Positions 44,974 through 53,892 of a DNA stretch of 64,000 nt are shown here, one piece after another (position 1 is the first letter of the stretch; each line of letters starts with the position of its first letter). This DNA comes from Myxococcales bacterium (lineage in GTDB: Bacteria; Myxococcota; UBA727; JABDBI01). Position numbers and translations under genes: made by a program. Below the pieces are notes generated by a model. It was not told where the DNA came from. It saw only the letters and a list, made by a program, of their open reading frames with translations, and did no database searches. Location of the stretch: NCBI GenBank assembly GCA_023248545.1, contig JAHFEF010000002.1:14908-78907 (forward strand), read 5' to 3'.

Positions 44974-45737
44974 TGCTGCGCTTGCCACCTGCCAAGATCG
45001 CTGTTGTTCTAGGTTCCGGGTTGGGCAATTTTGCCGACGCTTTGAGCCACACACAAGTTTTGCCCTATTCGAAGATCTCTGACTTTCCTGTGTCGACCGT
45101 CGAAGGACATACGGGACAGTTTGTGCATGGATTTGTTGGCAAGACGCCTGTTTTGCTCATGCAAGGACGTGTGCACCGCTATGAGGGCTACACGGCGCAG
45201 CAAGTAATTTCTCCTATTAGAATGCTTAAGACTTGGGGGATTGAAAAGCTGATTCTCACCAATGCAGCCGGCGGAATTAATCACCAGTTTGAAGTAGGCG
45301 ATTTGATGTTGATCACAGATCACTTGAATTTGACCGGCGATAATCCGTTGGTGGGGCCAAATGATCCTAGATTGGGGACACGTTTTCCGGATATGTCAGA
45401 TGCCTATTCTAGAAGATTGCGCGATTTAGCCAAGTCGATGCAGCCTGATTTACGAGAAGGCGTTTATGCGGGGATGTTAGGGCCATGTTATGAAACCCCA
45501 GCCGAGATTCGCATGCTTCAAATTCTAGGTGCTGATGCTGTGGGCATGAGTACGGTTTTTGAGACCATTGCTGCGACGCATTTGAGCATAGAAACCATGG
45601 GCATCTCTTGTATTTGCAATAAAGCTGCAGGATTTTCTGGGGTGAAGTTGACGCACGAAGAAGTGACGGCTGCGGGCAAAGCGGCTTCGAAAAAGTTTAC
45701 GGATCTATTGATTCGCTTGATTCCAGAATTGCTTTAG
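44973..45737 (+). CDS. Purine nucleoside phosphorylase (PNP/MTAP family I)
   Basis: 254 aa: VVLGSGLG, EGHTGQFVHG, NAAGG, MSTVFE. Confidence 0.8.
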   Translation: MLRLPPAKIAVVLGSGLGNFADALSHTQVLPYSKISDFPVSTVEGHTGQFVHGFVGKTPVLLMQGRVHRYEGYTAQQVISPIRMLKTWGIEKLILTNAAGGINHQFEVGDLMLITDHLNLTGDNPLVGPNDPRLGTRFPDMSDAYSRRLRDLAKSMQPDLREGVYAGMLGPCYETPAEIRMLQILGADAVGMSTVFETIAATHLSIETMGISCICNKAAGFSGVKLTHEEVTAAGKAASKKFTDLLIRLIPELL

Positions 45738-45754
45738 ACGTAAGCTGGCCAGCG

Positions 45755-46504
45755 ATGGCCCACTGGAAAAAAAGACTGTACGAAATCGTATTTGAGTCCG
45801 ATACGCCCGCAGGTAGAGCATTTGATATTATCTTGCTTTGGGCTGTTATTATCAGCGTGACGGCGGTGTGCTTAGAAAGCGTTTCTGGAATTAAAGAGCA
45901 ATATGGTACTGTATTGCGAGGCCTGGAATGGTTGTTCACGCTGGCATTTACGCTGGAATATTGCGTTCGGTTGGTCAGCGCAAAAAATCGGCTCAGTTAT
46001 GCATTCAGTTTCTATGGATTGGTTGACTTGATTGCGACATTGCCGACGTATTTCAGCATTCTGTTTCCGGGAGCTCAATCTTTCTTGGTTATTCGAGTTT
46101 TGAGGCTGCTTCGAGTATTTAGAATCTTAAAGCTCGGCAATTATATGGTCGAAGCGAATTATCTGGGTATGGCTCTTGTTGCGAGCAAGCGTAAGATTGG
46201 CGTATTTTTGCTCAGTGTCATGACGATTATATTGGTGGCCGGGACGCTCATGTATTTAATCGAAGGACCTGAAAACGGTTTTACCAGTATCCCTCGTGGA
46301 ATTTATTGGGCCATCGTGACCATTACGACAGTGGGTTATGGGGATATTTCGCCCCATACGGTATTTGGACAAATTCTGGCGTCCTGCTTGATGTTGGTGG
46401 GTTACACGATCATTGCTGTACCGACGGGGATTGTCTCAGCTGAAATGATGAACAATGGCAATCATGATACGCGGTTTTGTAAAAATTGTGGGTCAAGAGT
46501 TTGA
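45755..46504 (+). CDS. Voltage-gated potassium channel (6TM, KvAP-like)
   Basis: 249 aa. S4 helix with Arg every third residue (RVLRLLRVFRILKLG). Selectivity filter TTVGYGD. Confidence 0.8.
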   Translation: MAHWKKRLYEIVFESDTPAGRAFDIILLWAVIISVTAVCLESVSGIKEQYGTVLRGLEWLFTLAFTLEYCVRLVSAKNRLSYAFSFYGLVDLIATLPTYFSILFPGAQSFLVIRVLRLLRVFRILKLGNYMVEANYLGMALVASKRKIGVFLLSVMTIILVAGTLMYLIEGPENGFTSIPRGIYWAIVTITTVGYGDISPHTVFGQILASCLMLVGYTIIAVPTGIVSAEMMNNGNHDTRFCKNCGSRV

Positions 46505-46559
46505 GCTGAGTAGGCCCCTTGCAACCTGAAAATAATTATTCTATCTGGAGGGAACGCTT

Positions 46560-47654
46560 ATGAGATGTATAAATCTGTTTTCTATTTTAGCTTGTATGAT
46601 TGGTTTCGCCACATTTTCAACGGGAGCATCAGCTACGGTTGAGGTGGAAGGTTTTATCGAAGGTACATTGGTAAAGACACCAGAGGGCTATTCAAAGATT
46701 GAGACCCTGTTAGTTGGTGATCTTGTTATGAGTTGTGATTTTGAAGGAAGTTGTGTAGAGCGTCAGGTTCTTAAGACCTCTAAGAAAGAAGCATCTAGGT
46801 ATCTCGAAATTGAAGTAGATGGCCAAAAAATTGGTGTTGGCTATAGCCACAAGCTTTTTTCCTGTGATACTGATTTCTGGACAAATGCCACAAACATCAA
46901 GAATTCGTCGTCCCTAATGAATGCTCTACACAGGAATGTTTCTGTAAGTAACGTCGGTGTGATTCGTGAAACAGTGACTCTTTATAATCTTTCTATTGAG
47001 CAGTTCCAAAACTATTTTGTCAGCATGGCTGATGTATTGGTTCATAACTATGCTGCTCAAGAGCTTGATGCGATGTTGGATGCAATGTCTCCTAGAGATA
47101 GGGCGCAGATTCTTATCATGGAATCCGCGAAAAGATATGGTCTCCACAGCCCCCCACAGCTTTCCTATATCTTGGCGACAGCAGAACATGAAACCATGAA
47201 CTTCAAAACCATGAAGGAAATAGGTGGTTCGAAGATGCCATATGCCCCATATTATGGGCGAGGTTATGTGCAGCTCACTCATAAATTCAATTATGAAAAA
47301 TTCTCAAAGCTATTCGGAGAGGATATTGTAAGCAATCCAGACCGTGCGATGGACCCGAGATATGCGTCTGATGTCATTGTTTTTGGAATGATGATGGGGG
47401 TTTTTACCGGAGAATTAAAAAAGGATGGTAAAAACTGGAGTGGGAAAAAGCTTATCGATTATATCGTTGGAAATGGTGATGGAACAGGCAAGGCTGATTT
47501 TGTTAATGCACGCAGGATTATTAACAGTCTAGACAGGGCTGAGCATATTGCCGGGCTTGCCAAGAAATGGCTGCAATATTTCAAGAATACGAGAGGCACT
47601 CCAAATGGGGACATCAAATTTTTGCAATGGATGCCTTGGCATAACGAGTTGTAG
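46560..47654 (+). CDS. Secreted Hint-domain protein fused to a glycoside-hydrolase-family-19 (lysozyme/chitinase-like) domain; candidate polymorphic-toxin-type peptidoglycan hydrolase
   Basis: Signal peptide MRCINLFSILACMIGFATFSTGASA. The Hint N-block GFIEGTLVKTPEGYSKIETLLVGDLV resembles the intein A block but lacks Cys1. The C-block ends LVHN-Y. The C-terminal domain has GH19 signatures: ATAEHET and YYGRGYVQLTHKFNY (compare YYGRGPIQLSWNYNY). SD ggaggg. Confidence 0.6.
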   Translation: MRCINLFSILACMIGFATFSTGASATVEVEGFIEGTLVKTPEGYSKIETLLVGDLVMSCDFEGSCVERQVLKTSKKEASRYLEIEVDGQKIGVGYSHKLFSCDTDFWTNATNIKNSSSLMNALHRNVSVSNVGVIRETVTLYNLSIEQFQNYFVSMADVLVHNYAAQELDAMLDAMSPRDRAQILIMESAKRYGLHSPPQLSYILATAEHETMNFKTMKEIGGSKMPYAPYYGRGYVQLTHKFNYEKFSKLFGEDIVSNPDRAMDPRYASDVIVFGMMMGVFTGELKKDGKNWSGKKLIDYIVGNGDGTGKADFVNARRIINSLDRAEHIAGLAKKWLQYFKNTRGTPNGDIKFLQWMPWHNEL

Positions 47655-47655
47655 T

Positions 47656-48318
47656 ATGTTTCAAATAAGGTTACTGAGGGGTATAGGTTTCGTGGCCTTA
47701 CTATCGGGGCAACTTTTGGCTGGAAAGATTGAAAATAATATTGGCCGTGATTTCCGCGGATTTTCCGTTTTTGAAAAGGTAGCTGGGGATTTGAATGGTG
47801 ATGGGGTTGTTGATTACGTTGCAACTCTTTGGAAGAACCATCTTCGCACGGCTCCTGTGGTTGTCTACTTTGGAAATGGAAAAGGGGATTTTATTCTTCA
47901 GACAAAGGCCCCTGTCGCTAATTGTTTTTGGTGTGGCGGGATGAAAGGTACTCCTAATGAGCCAATAGGCAGGTTGAGTATCAATAATAAGGGCATTTTA
48001 GTAATGACGTTTAAGGGTGGCTCAAGAGAAGTCTGGACAGATGTGCTCAAATGGCGGTTTGATAAAAAACAAAAAGAGTTTTTCCTCATAGGAGAGACCT
48101 ATACGAGCGTCGATAATTTTGGGGAAGAACCAACGGAGCGGACTGATATCAACTATTCAACTGGAAAAATGGAAAAAAATATTGGTAAAAAAGGAAAGAT
48201 TTGTCAATTTTCATTACCTCTAAAAATGATATTGAGAACATTTGACTTTGAAAACCAGCATGTGGGTGATCTGTTTTTACTCACAAAAAAATGCCTGGTT
48301 GATATTCCTACACGTTAA
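47656..48318 (+). CDS. Secreted hypothetical protein; candidate immunity partner
   Basis: Start re-placed at MFQIRLLRGIGFVALLSGQLLAG (signal peptide), 2 nt after the upstream stop. The ORF-track start at 47548 would overlap the upstream gene by 107 nt. Contains a DLNGDGVVDY FG-GAP-like motif. Same AT-rich composition as the upstream gene. Confidence 0.45.
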   Translation: MFQIRLLRGIGFVALLSGQLLAGKIENNIGRDFRGFSVFEKVAGDLNGDGVVDYVATLWKNHLRTAPVVVYFGNGKGDFILQTKAPVANCFWCGGMKGTPNEPIGRLSINNKGILVMTFKGGSREVWTDVLKWRFDKKQKEFFLIGETYTSVDNFGEEPTERTDINYSTGKMEKNIGKKGKICQFSLPLKMILRTFDFENQHVGDLFLLTKKCLVDIPTR

Positions 48319-48405
48319 CCAAATTCCGTCGATTCTCTTTTCGTAATGTGCTAGCTTGCGCGTCATGATTATTCATGCGAGGCGTATTTACTCGGGAGCC
48401 GGTTC

Positions 48406-51102
48406 ATGAAAAAGACGCTTTTTCTTATTCTTTTAACACTAGGTGGTTTCAGCATGGCACAGACCCTTAAGCCGATTCGGCAAACCGAAGGCATCAGCGA
48501 ATATCAAGAGCCCAACGGCTTGTCGGTTTTGCTGTTCCCAGACCCTTCGCAATCAACGGTGACGGTGAATATTACTTATAAAGTGGGGTCCAGACACGAG
48601 GGCCGAGGTGAAACTGGGATGGCGCACCTGCTCGAGCACATGTTGTTTAAAGGCACTCCCAAGTTCCCCGATGCCAAAGGTATTCTGCAAGACAAGGGCG
48701 CATTTTTTAATGCAACCACGTGGTTTGACCGGACTAATTATTTTGAAACCATGCCGGCCAGCGATGAGAACCTCAAATTTGGCCTGCAATTTGAAGCGGA
48801 TCGCATGATCAACGCCTGGGTGCGCAAACAAGATCTAGATTCTGAAATGACGGTCGTACGAAACGAGTTTGAGATTGGCGAAAACGACCCGATCAATGTT
48901 TTGCATGATCAAATGCTTTCAGCGTCTTTTAGGTGGCATAATTATGGCAAGAGTACGATAGGCAATCGCAGTGACATCGAGCGCGTGCCGGTTGAAAACT
49001 TAAAAACTTTCTATCAAAAATATTATCAGCCAGACAATGCTGTTTTGATTATTGCTGGCAAATTTGACAGCACCAAAGCGTTGACATGGGTGAACGAGTA
49101 TTTTGGAAAAATTCCGAAGCCAACACGCGTTTTAGATAAAACTTACACGGAAGAACCAGCACAAGATGGCTCGCGTTTGGTGAAGCTCATGCGCACCGGT
49201 GAGGTGGCGGCTGCGGGCGTCTCTTATCATGTTCCAGCGGGTTCAAATTCAGACTTTGCAGCGATTAGAGTTTTAACTGAAGTGTTAGCGCAAGAACCCG
49301 GTGGTTACTTGTATGACCAACTGGTCAAGACCGGCAAAGCCTCAGAGATGTTTGGCATGGTGTACCAACTGGCTGAACCAGGGGCTTTGATGGTTTTTGC
49401 CAAGCCGGTGAAGCAAGACCAAGTCTATGTTCTGAAAGATGAGTTGATTGGCGATGTCGAAAATAAACAATCCGAAGCAATTAACCAAGAGGCGTTTGAC
49501 CGAGCAAAAGTCAGGTTGCTGAAGAATTATAAACTCGCAGCGGCTGACAGTAAAAAACTGGCTCTGGGTTTGAGTGAGTCTATCGCCCAGGGTGATTACA
49601 GACTTTATTTCTGGGGTCGTGACCAAGTTAAAAAAGTAACTCTGGACGATGTCAAACGTGTTGCAAAGAAATATTTGATCGAAAGCAATCGAACGGCTGG
49701 CGTGTTCGTGCCAACAGAAAAGCCAGTTCGGGCTGAGATCCCCAAGACACCCAATGTAGAAGCGATGCTCGAAAAGTACGTTGGAACTGAAGATTTGGCT
49801 CAAGGGGATAGCTTTGAAGCGACGCCAGAAAATATTGATAAGAGCACACAGCGTTTGACGCTCGACAATAACGTCAAAGCTGCTTTGCTGCCTAAGAAAA
49901 CCCGTGGCGATGTGGTGAAAGCGAGTTTTATCTTGCGCTACGGGACCGAACAGGCACTGACTGGCCACTTAGAAGCCTTGGCGCTTTTGCCGCAGTTGAT
50001 GATGCGTGGAACAGAGAAGAAAAATTTCCAGCAGATACAGGACCAATTGGATGCGCTCCAGTCAACTCTTAGAATGGGCGGTGCACCTGGTAAAACAGTG
50101 ATCGACGTGACCAGCGACAAAGATAATATTGTCAGAGTGATTGCACTGTTGGGCGAGATTCTCAAAACGCCTGCTTTGAGCGAAGCAGAGTTTGAGATCG
50201 TTCGCAAAAAAGAATTGGCCGAATTGGAAGAGTCGCTCTTAGATCCTAAGACGCTAGGCTTTAACGAGCTCGAGCGTCTCCAGAATCCTTGGCCTAAGAC
50301 GAGCATTCACTATGTGCCGACGATCGAAGAACGCATTGAGCATATCAAAGCGCTCAAACTGGCTGATATCAAAAAGCTATACCAAGAGTTCTATGGTGCC
50401 AATCACCTAGAGCTCGCTGTCGTGGGTTCTTTTGATGTCGAAGCTGTTAAAGCTGAGCTGAACAAGCATTTTGGTGCCTGGAAATCCGGCCAGCCATTTG
50501 CTCGAGTGACGAAGCCTTACAAGCCAGTGACGGCGGAAATGAAAGTACTTAAAACACCCGACAAGCAAATGGCGTTGTTGGCTTTGGGGACCAACCTGCC
50601 TGTTCAGGATACGACGGAAGATTATCCGGCTATGCGCATCGGAGCTTATGTGTTGGGTGAAGGTATGAAGTCTCGTATTTGGCATCGACTGCGGGAACAC
50701 GGTGGTCTTTCGTATGGGGCGGGTTCTTGGTTGGAGGCGAGCAAGCATGAACCCAATGCGACGCTTGGTATGTATGCGATGGCTGCTTCGGACAACGCCG
50801 ATAAAGCCTTAAAAGCGTTGCAGGAAGAATATAAAAAGTGGGCCCAGAAGGGAATTACAGATGACGAACTCAAAGAAAGTAAAATGAGTTTTAAGTCGAC
50901 GCTGGATAACTTGTTAGCAAATGACTCGTATGTTGTTTCGACGCTGAGTTCAAATCTTGAATTGGACCGAACGTTTGATTTTCAAGCCAAGCTACTCAAA
51001 AATATTGAGAAGCTGTCGGTTCAAGATGTTCAAGCGGCATTGAATCAGTATGTTGCTCCGGCGCAGTTGGCGGAAGTGAAAGCGGGAGATTTCAAAAACT
51101 GA
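48406..51102 (+). CDS. M16-family zinc peptidase (pitrilysin/insulinase-like; two M16 halves fused)
   Basis: 898 aa. Signal peptide; inverted zinc motif HLLEHMLFKGT (HxxEH). Confidence 0.85.
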   Translation: MKKTLFLILLTLGGFSMAQTLKPIRQTEGISEYQEPNGLSVLLFPDPSQSTVTVNITYKVGSRHEGRGETGMAHLLEHMLFKGTPKFPDAKGILQDKGAFFNATTWFDRTNYFETMPASDENLKFGLQFEADRMINAWVRKQDLDSEMTVVRNEFEIGENDPINVLHDQMLSASFRWHNYGKSTIGNRSDIERVPVENLKTFYQKYYQPDNAVLIIAGKFDSTKALTWVNEYFGKIPKPTRVLDKTYTEEPAQDGSRLVKLMRTGEVAAAGVSYHVPAGSNSDFAAIRVLTEVLAQEPGGYLYDQLVKTGKASEMFGMVYQLAEPGALMVFAKPVKQDQVYVLKDELIGDVENKQSEAINQEAFDRAKVRLLKNYKLAAADSKKLALGLSESIAQGDYRLYFWGRDQVKKVTLDDVKRVAKKYLIESNRTAGVFVPTEKPVRAEIPKTPNVEAMLEKYVGTEDLAQGDSFEATPENIDKSTQRLTLDNNVKAALLPKKTRGDVVKASFILRYGTEQALTGHLEALALLPQLMMRGTEKKNFQQIQDQLDALQSTLRMGGAPGKTVIDVTSDKDNIVRVIALLGEILKTPALSEAEFEIVRKKELAELEESLLDPKTLGFNELERLQNPWPKTSIHYVPTIEERIEHIKALKLADIKKLYQEFYGANHLELAVVGSFDVEAVKAELNKHFGAWKSGQPFARVTKPYKPVTAEMKVLKTPDKQMALLALGTNLPVQDTTEDYPAMRIGAYVLGEGMKSRIWHRLREHGGLSYGAGSWLEASKHEPNATLGMYAMAASDNADKALKALQEEYKKWAQKGITDDELKESKMSFKSTLDNLLANDSYVVSTLSSNLELDRTFDFQAKLLKNIEKLSVQDVQAALNQYVAPAQLAEVKAGDFKN

Positions 51103-51128
51103 AGACCTCGCTTAAGGCAGCGTTTGGA

Positions 51129-51725
51129 TTGATTCTCATCCTGGCGTTATTAAAACCGCTGGGTCATGATATCGCTTTTATCGTGGCTTTTGTGTATCAG
51201 CTGTATGTTCCATTATGGCTAGGCTACACAGTTCGATTACAACCGGATGCTTTGAAAGCGGATTTAATTCGAGTCGCCTGGATTTCTGTCGTGACGTTCT
51301 CTGGCTACGCTTTTGCTTATTATTGGTTTCAGCATTTTTGGGCGGCGCATCAGGGCTATCAAGTTTACTTTCATCCGGTGTTTTCTTGGAGTTTGCTTTG
51401 GGGCTTTGTGGTCAATCTGGCTATTATCGCCTTTCCTGAAGAAGTATTTTATCGAGGCTATCTCCAGAGCCGCCTTTTAAGTCCCTCTCCACAGGGTGGA
51501 GAGGGATTTAGGGTGAGGTTTGTGATTCTGTTTGTTAGCTTTCTCTTTGCCCTGGGCCACTTTGTGGGCGAGTACGACCCAGTTCGCCTGCTCCCCTTCT
51601 TTCCTGGTTTAGTTTTCTCGTGGCTTGTTTATCGCTCGGGCTCTATCGCAGGCGCGACACTTTATCATGCCCTTTGCAATAGTTTCTCGGAGTGGTTAGC
51701 GTCCAGTTATCACTGGAGCCACTGA
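51129..51725 (+). CDS. CPBP-family intramembrane metalloprotease (CAAX protease/Abi)
   Basis: 198 aa. EEVFYRGYL (motif 1), FALGH (motif 2), HALCN (motif 3). TTG start as called in the track. Contains the in-frame palindromic element (SPSPQGGEGFRVR). Confidence 0.7.
   Translation: MILILALLKPLGHDIAFIVAFVYQLYVPLWLGYTVRLQPDALKADLIRVAWISVVTFSGYAFAYYWFQHFWAAHQGYQVYFHPVFSWSLLWGFVVNLAIIAFPEEVFYRGYLQSRLLSPSPQGGEGFRVRFVILFVSFLFALGHFVGEYDPVRLLPFFPGLVFSWLVYRSGSIAGATLYHALCNSFSEWLASSYHWSH
51482..51520 (+). repeat. Palindromic element, copy B, inserted in-frame in the CPBP protease CDS
   Basis: tccctctccacagggtggagagggatttagggtgaggtt: stem CCCTCTCCAC/GTGGAGAGGG, 3 nt loop, then tail TTTAGGGTGAGGTT. Encodes SPSPQGGEGFRVR between CPBP motifs 1 and 2. 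Confidence 0.6.
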
Positions 51726-52510
51726 TGAAAAGTATTCGTATTCGAGATCTACAAGAAAAAAAAGCCAAGTCTGAGCCAATTACGATGCTGACTTGTTACG
51801 ACGCGATGTTCGCCAAAATATTAGATAGCTCGGGCGTCGATATTTTGTTGATTGGCGATACGCTGGGCATGGTGGTTCAAGGCCAAGAAACAACGTTGGG
51901 AGTCACACTCGAGGACATCGCGTATCATACGCGCATGGTGGCTCGGGGTGCCCAAAGAGCTCATATTGTCGCCGACATGCCGTTTATGACTTATCAGCAC
52001 GATATCAAAGAGGCGATGCAAAATGCTGCAAAGTTATTGGTGGCCGGTGCTCATTCGGTCAAACTCGAAGGGGGTACCCCTATGGCTTCGACGGTGAAAG
52101 CACTGACAGAAGTAGGTGTTCCCGTCATGGGTCATGTGGGTTTGACGCCGCAGAGTGTACATGCTTTGTCGGGTTATCGCACGCAGGGTAAAACCGACGA
52201 ATCGAGAAAGCGCATTCTTGAAGATGCGATGGCTCTCGAGGCTGCTGGTGCTTACGCAGTGGTTCTTGAGTGTGTTCCGGAGTCGCTCGCTCAGGAAATC
52301 ACACGAATGCTTCAGATACCGACAATTGGAATCGGCGCCGGGCCTGCGTGCGATGGCCAGGTTTTGGTAATTTATGATTTGCTGGGCTTTAATCCTGAAT
52401 TTAAACCAAAATATTTGAAGACCTATTTGAACGGCGCTGCGCTTATACAGCAAGCTTGTGAAAAATATGTGACAGAAGTGAGACAAAGGGTGTTTCCGCC
52501 CATGGAATAA
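51725..52510 (+). CDS. panB: 3-methyl-2-oxobutanoate hydroxymethyltransferase
   Basis: PITMLTCYDAMFA, DILLIGDTLGMV, HVGLTPQ. ATG at 51725 overlaps the upstream TGA by 1 nt. The ORF-track start at 51692 is an upstream alternative. Confidence 0.9.
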   Translation: MKSIRIRDLQEKKAKSEPITMLTCYDAMFAKILDSSGVDILLIGDTLGMVVQGQETTLGVTLEDIAYHTRMVARGAQRAHIVADMPFMTYQHDIKEAMQNAAKLLVAGAHSVKLEGGTPMASTVKALTEVGVPVMGHVGLTPQSVHALSGYRTQGKTDESRKRILEDAMALEAAGAYAVVLECVPESLAQEITRMLQIPTIGIGAGPACDGQVLVIYDLLGFNPEFKPKYLKTYLNGAALIQQACEKYVTEVRQRVFPPME

Positions 52511-52579
52511 TCTGGCATAATCTGAGCTCTTTGCGCGCCCATCATCCTGTTGTTATATACCGCGGACGGTGGCGGAAAC

Positions 52580-53872
52580 ATGAAAGCACTCTTCTTTCTT
52601 TTGGGCTTAGCTCTTATGCCCTCTTGCAGGTCAGAATCTGTGGCTTCTACAGCCCAGAACGGCAATTTAACGATTCTTGACAGCAATCATCGTTCGATGA
52701 AAACGCTTAAAATCCCTTCTAGGCTGATTCAGGTTGGGGTAAGCCTGAGCTCAGAAATTCCATATGTCTCCATAGAATCTGGGCCATCAGCTACTGCACT
52801 GACGCTGTATTGGCAAAACCCGCTCAAAAATCAGCCAGGATTTCTTGTTCGATTTTGCGCGGATCCCCAAAATTGCTCTACTGATTACCAATTGATTGAT
52901 TCAGCTGCATTGGATGCAATGACCGGAACTCTGGAGCTGAACATCCAATTTTCAACCGAGGTGGTTGATTCCACGGGCGTATTACAAGTGATACCCATCT
53001 ATCTATATAGTTCAGAAGCCGAATTCATCCTGGTTGGGAATCTGGCTGAAATCGTATTACACTCCTCAGCAACTGGAGTTAAGGTGAGCTCAGGTGAAGC
53101 GAGCTACGCTGCATCTTTTTTTGAGACAGCTCACACCATAGAAACTTCAACCCTCTTTGCTAAAGCGGCCAATGTGGACTCTGGGATGGCGTTTCTTACA
53201 GGTGTCAACACTGTTACCACTTCTCCCAACGGAGCTTTAACAGCGGCCATTACCACTCCTGATATCTGGTATAAAGACTCCGATGGGGATGGTTATACAA
53301 CGCAAGATATCATTATATCTACTCTCCAGCCAAACGGGTATGTCATTACAAAAAATTTGGCAGATTGTCGTGATGATGATGCCAGTATTTATCCTGGGAA
53401 TGGCTGCGGGAATGGAACCTTTCAGACAAAAATAGATTCTACGCCTGAATACGCAATCACGCTAACTTCAAAATCTATTTTCGTAGGAGATTTCAATAAC
53501 GATGGGAAGCTCGATTTTGCAGCCACCAATTACGATGCCAATACAATGTCTATATGGCTAGGAAATGGCGATGGAACTTTTGGTATAAAAACTGACTACA
53601 ATACGGGCGCAGGTCCATGGGACATTATCGGTTCGGACTTTAATAGCGATGGCAAGCAGGATCTAGCAGTCACGAACTATCATGCGAATACAGTGTCTGT
53701 ATGGCTAGGAAACGGTGATGGAACTTTTGGAACAAGAACCGACTACGATACTGGCGTTGGGCCCTATTCGCTGCTTGTGCGTGATTTCAATAAGGATTCC
53801 AAATATGACCTAGGCATCGTTAATTCAAACAATGACACTGGTGCCACCGTTTCTATGTTGCTAGGAAATTAA
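52580..53872 (+). CDS. Secreted protein (possible lipoprotein) with three tandem FG-GAP/VCBS-type repeats
   Basis: MKALFFLLGLALMPSC signal. C-terminal repeats FVGDFNNDGKLDFAAT...WLGNGDGTFG, repeated three times. Confidence 0.6.
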   Translation: MKALFFLLGLALMPSCRSESVASTAQNGNLTILDSNHRSMKTLKIPSRLIQVGVSLSSEIPYVSIESGPSATALTLYWQNPLKNQPGFLVRFCADPQNCSTDYQLIDSAALDAMTGTLELNIQFSTEVVDSTGVLQVIPIYLYSSEAEFILVGNLAEIVLHSSATGVKVSSGEASYAASFFETAHTIETSTLFAKAANVDSGMAFLTGVNTVTTSPNGALTAAITTPDIWYKDSDGDGYTTQDIIISTLQPNGYVITKNLADCRDDDASIYPGNGCGNGTFQTKIDSTPEYAITLTSKSIFVGDFNNDGKLDFAATNYDANTMSIWLGNGDGTFGIKTDYNTGAGPWDIIGSDFNSDGKQDLAVTNYHANTVSVWLGNGDGTFGTRTDYDTGVGPYSLLVRDFNKDSKYDLGIVNSNNDTGATVSMLLGN

Positions 53873-53892
53873 GGCCCGCCTGGCTGTTTAGA

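Noticed and set aside
47548-47655. ORF-track N-terminal extension of the 47548..48318 ORF
   Set aside because: It overlaps the Hint-GH19 gene by 107 nt in another frame. A signal-peptide Met at 47656 right after the upstream stop is the more plausible start.
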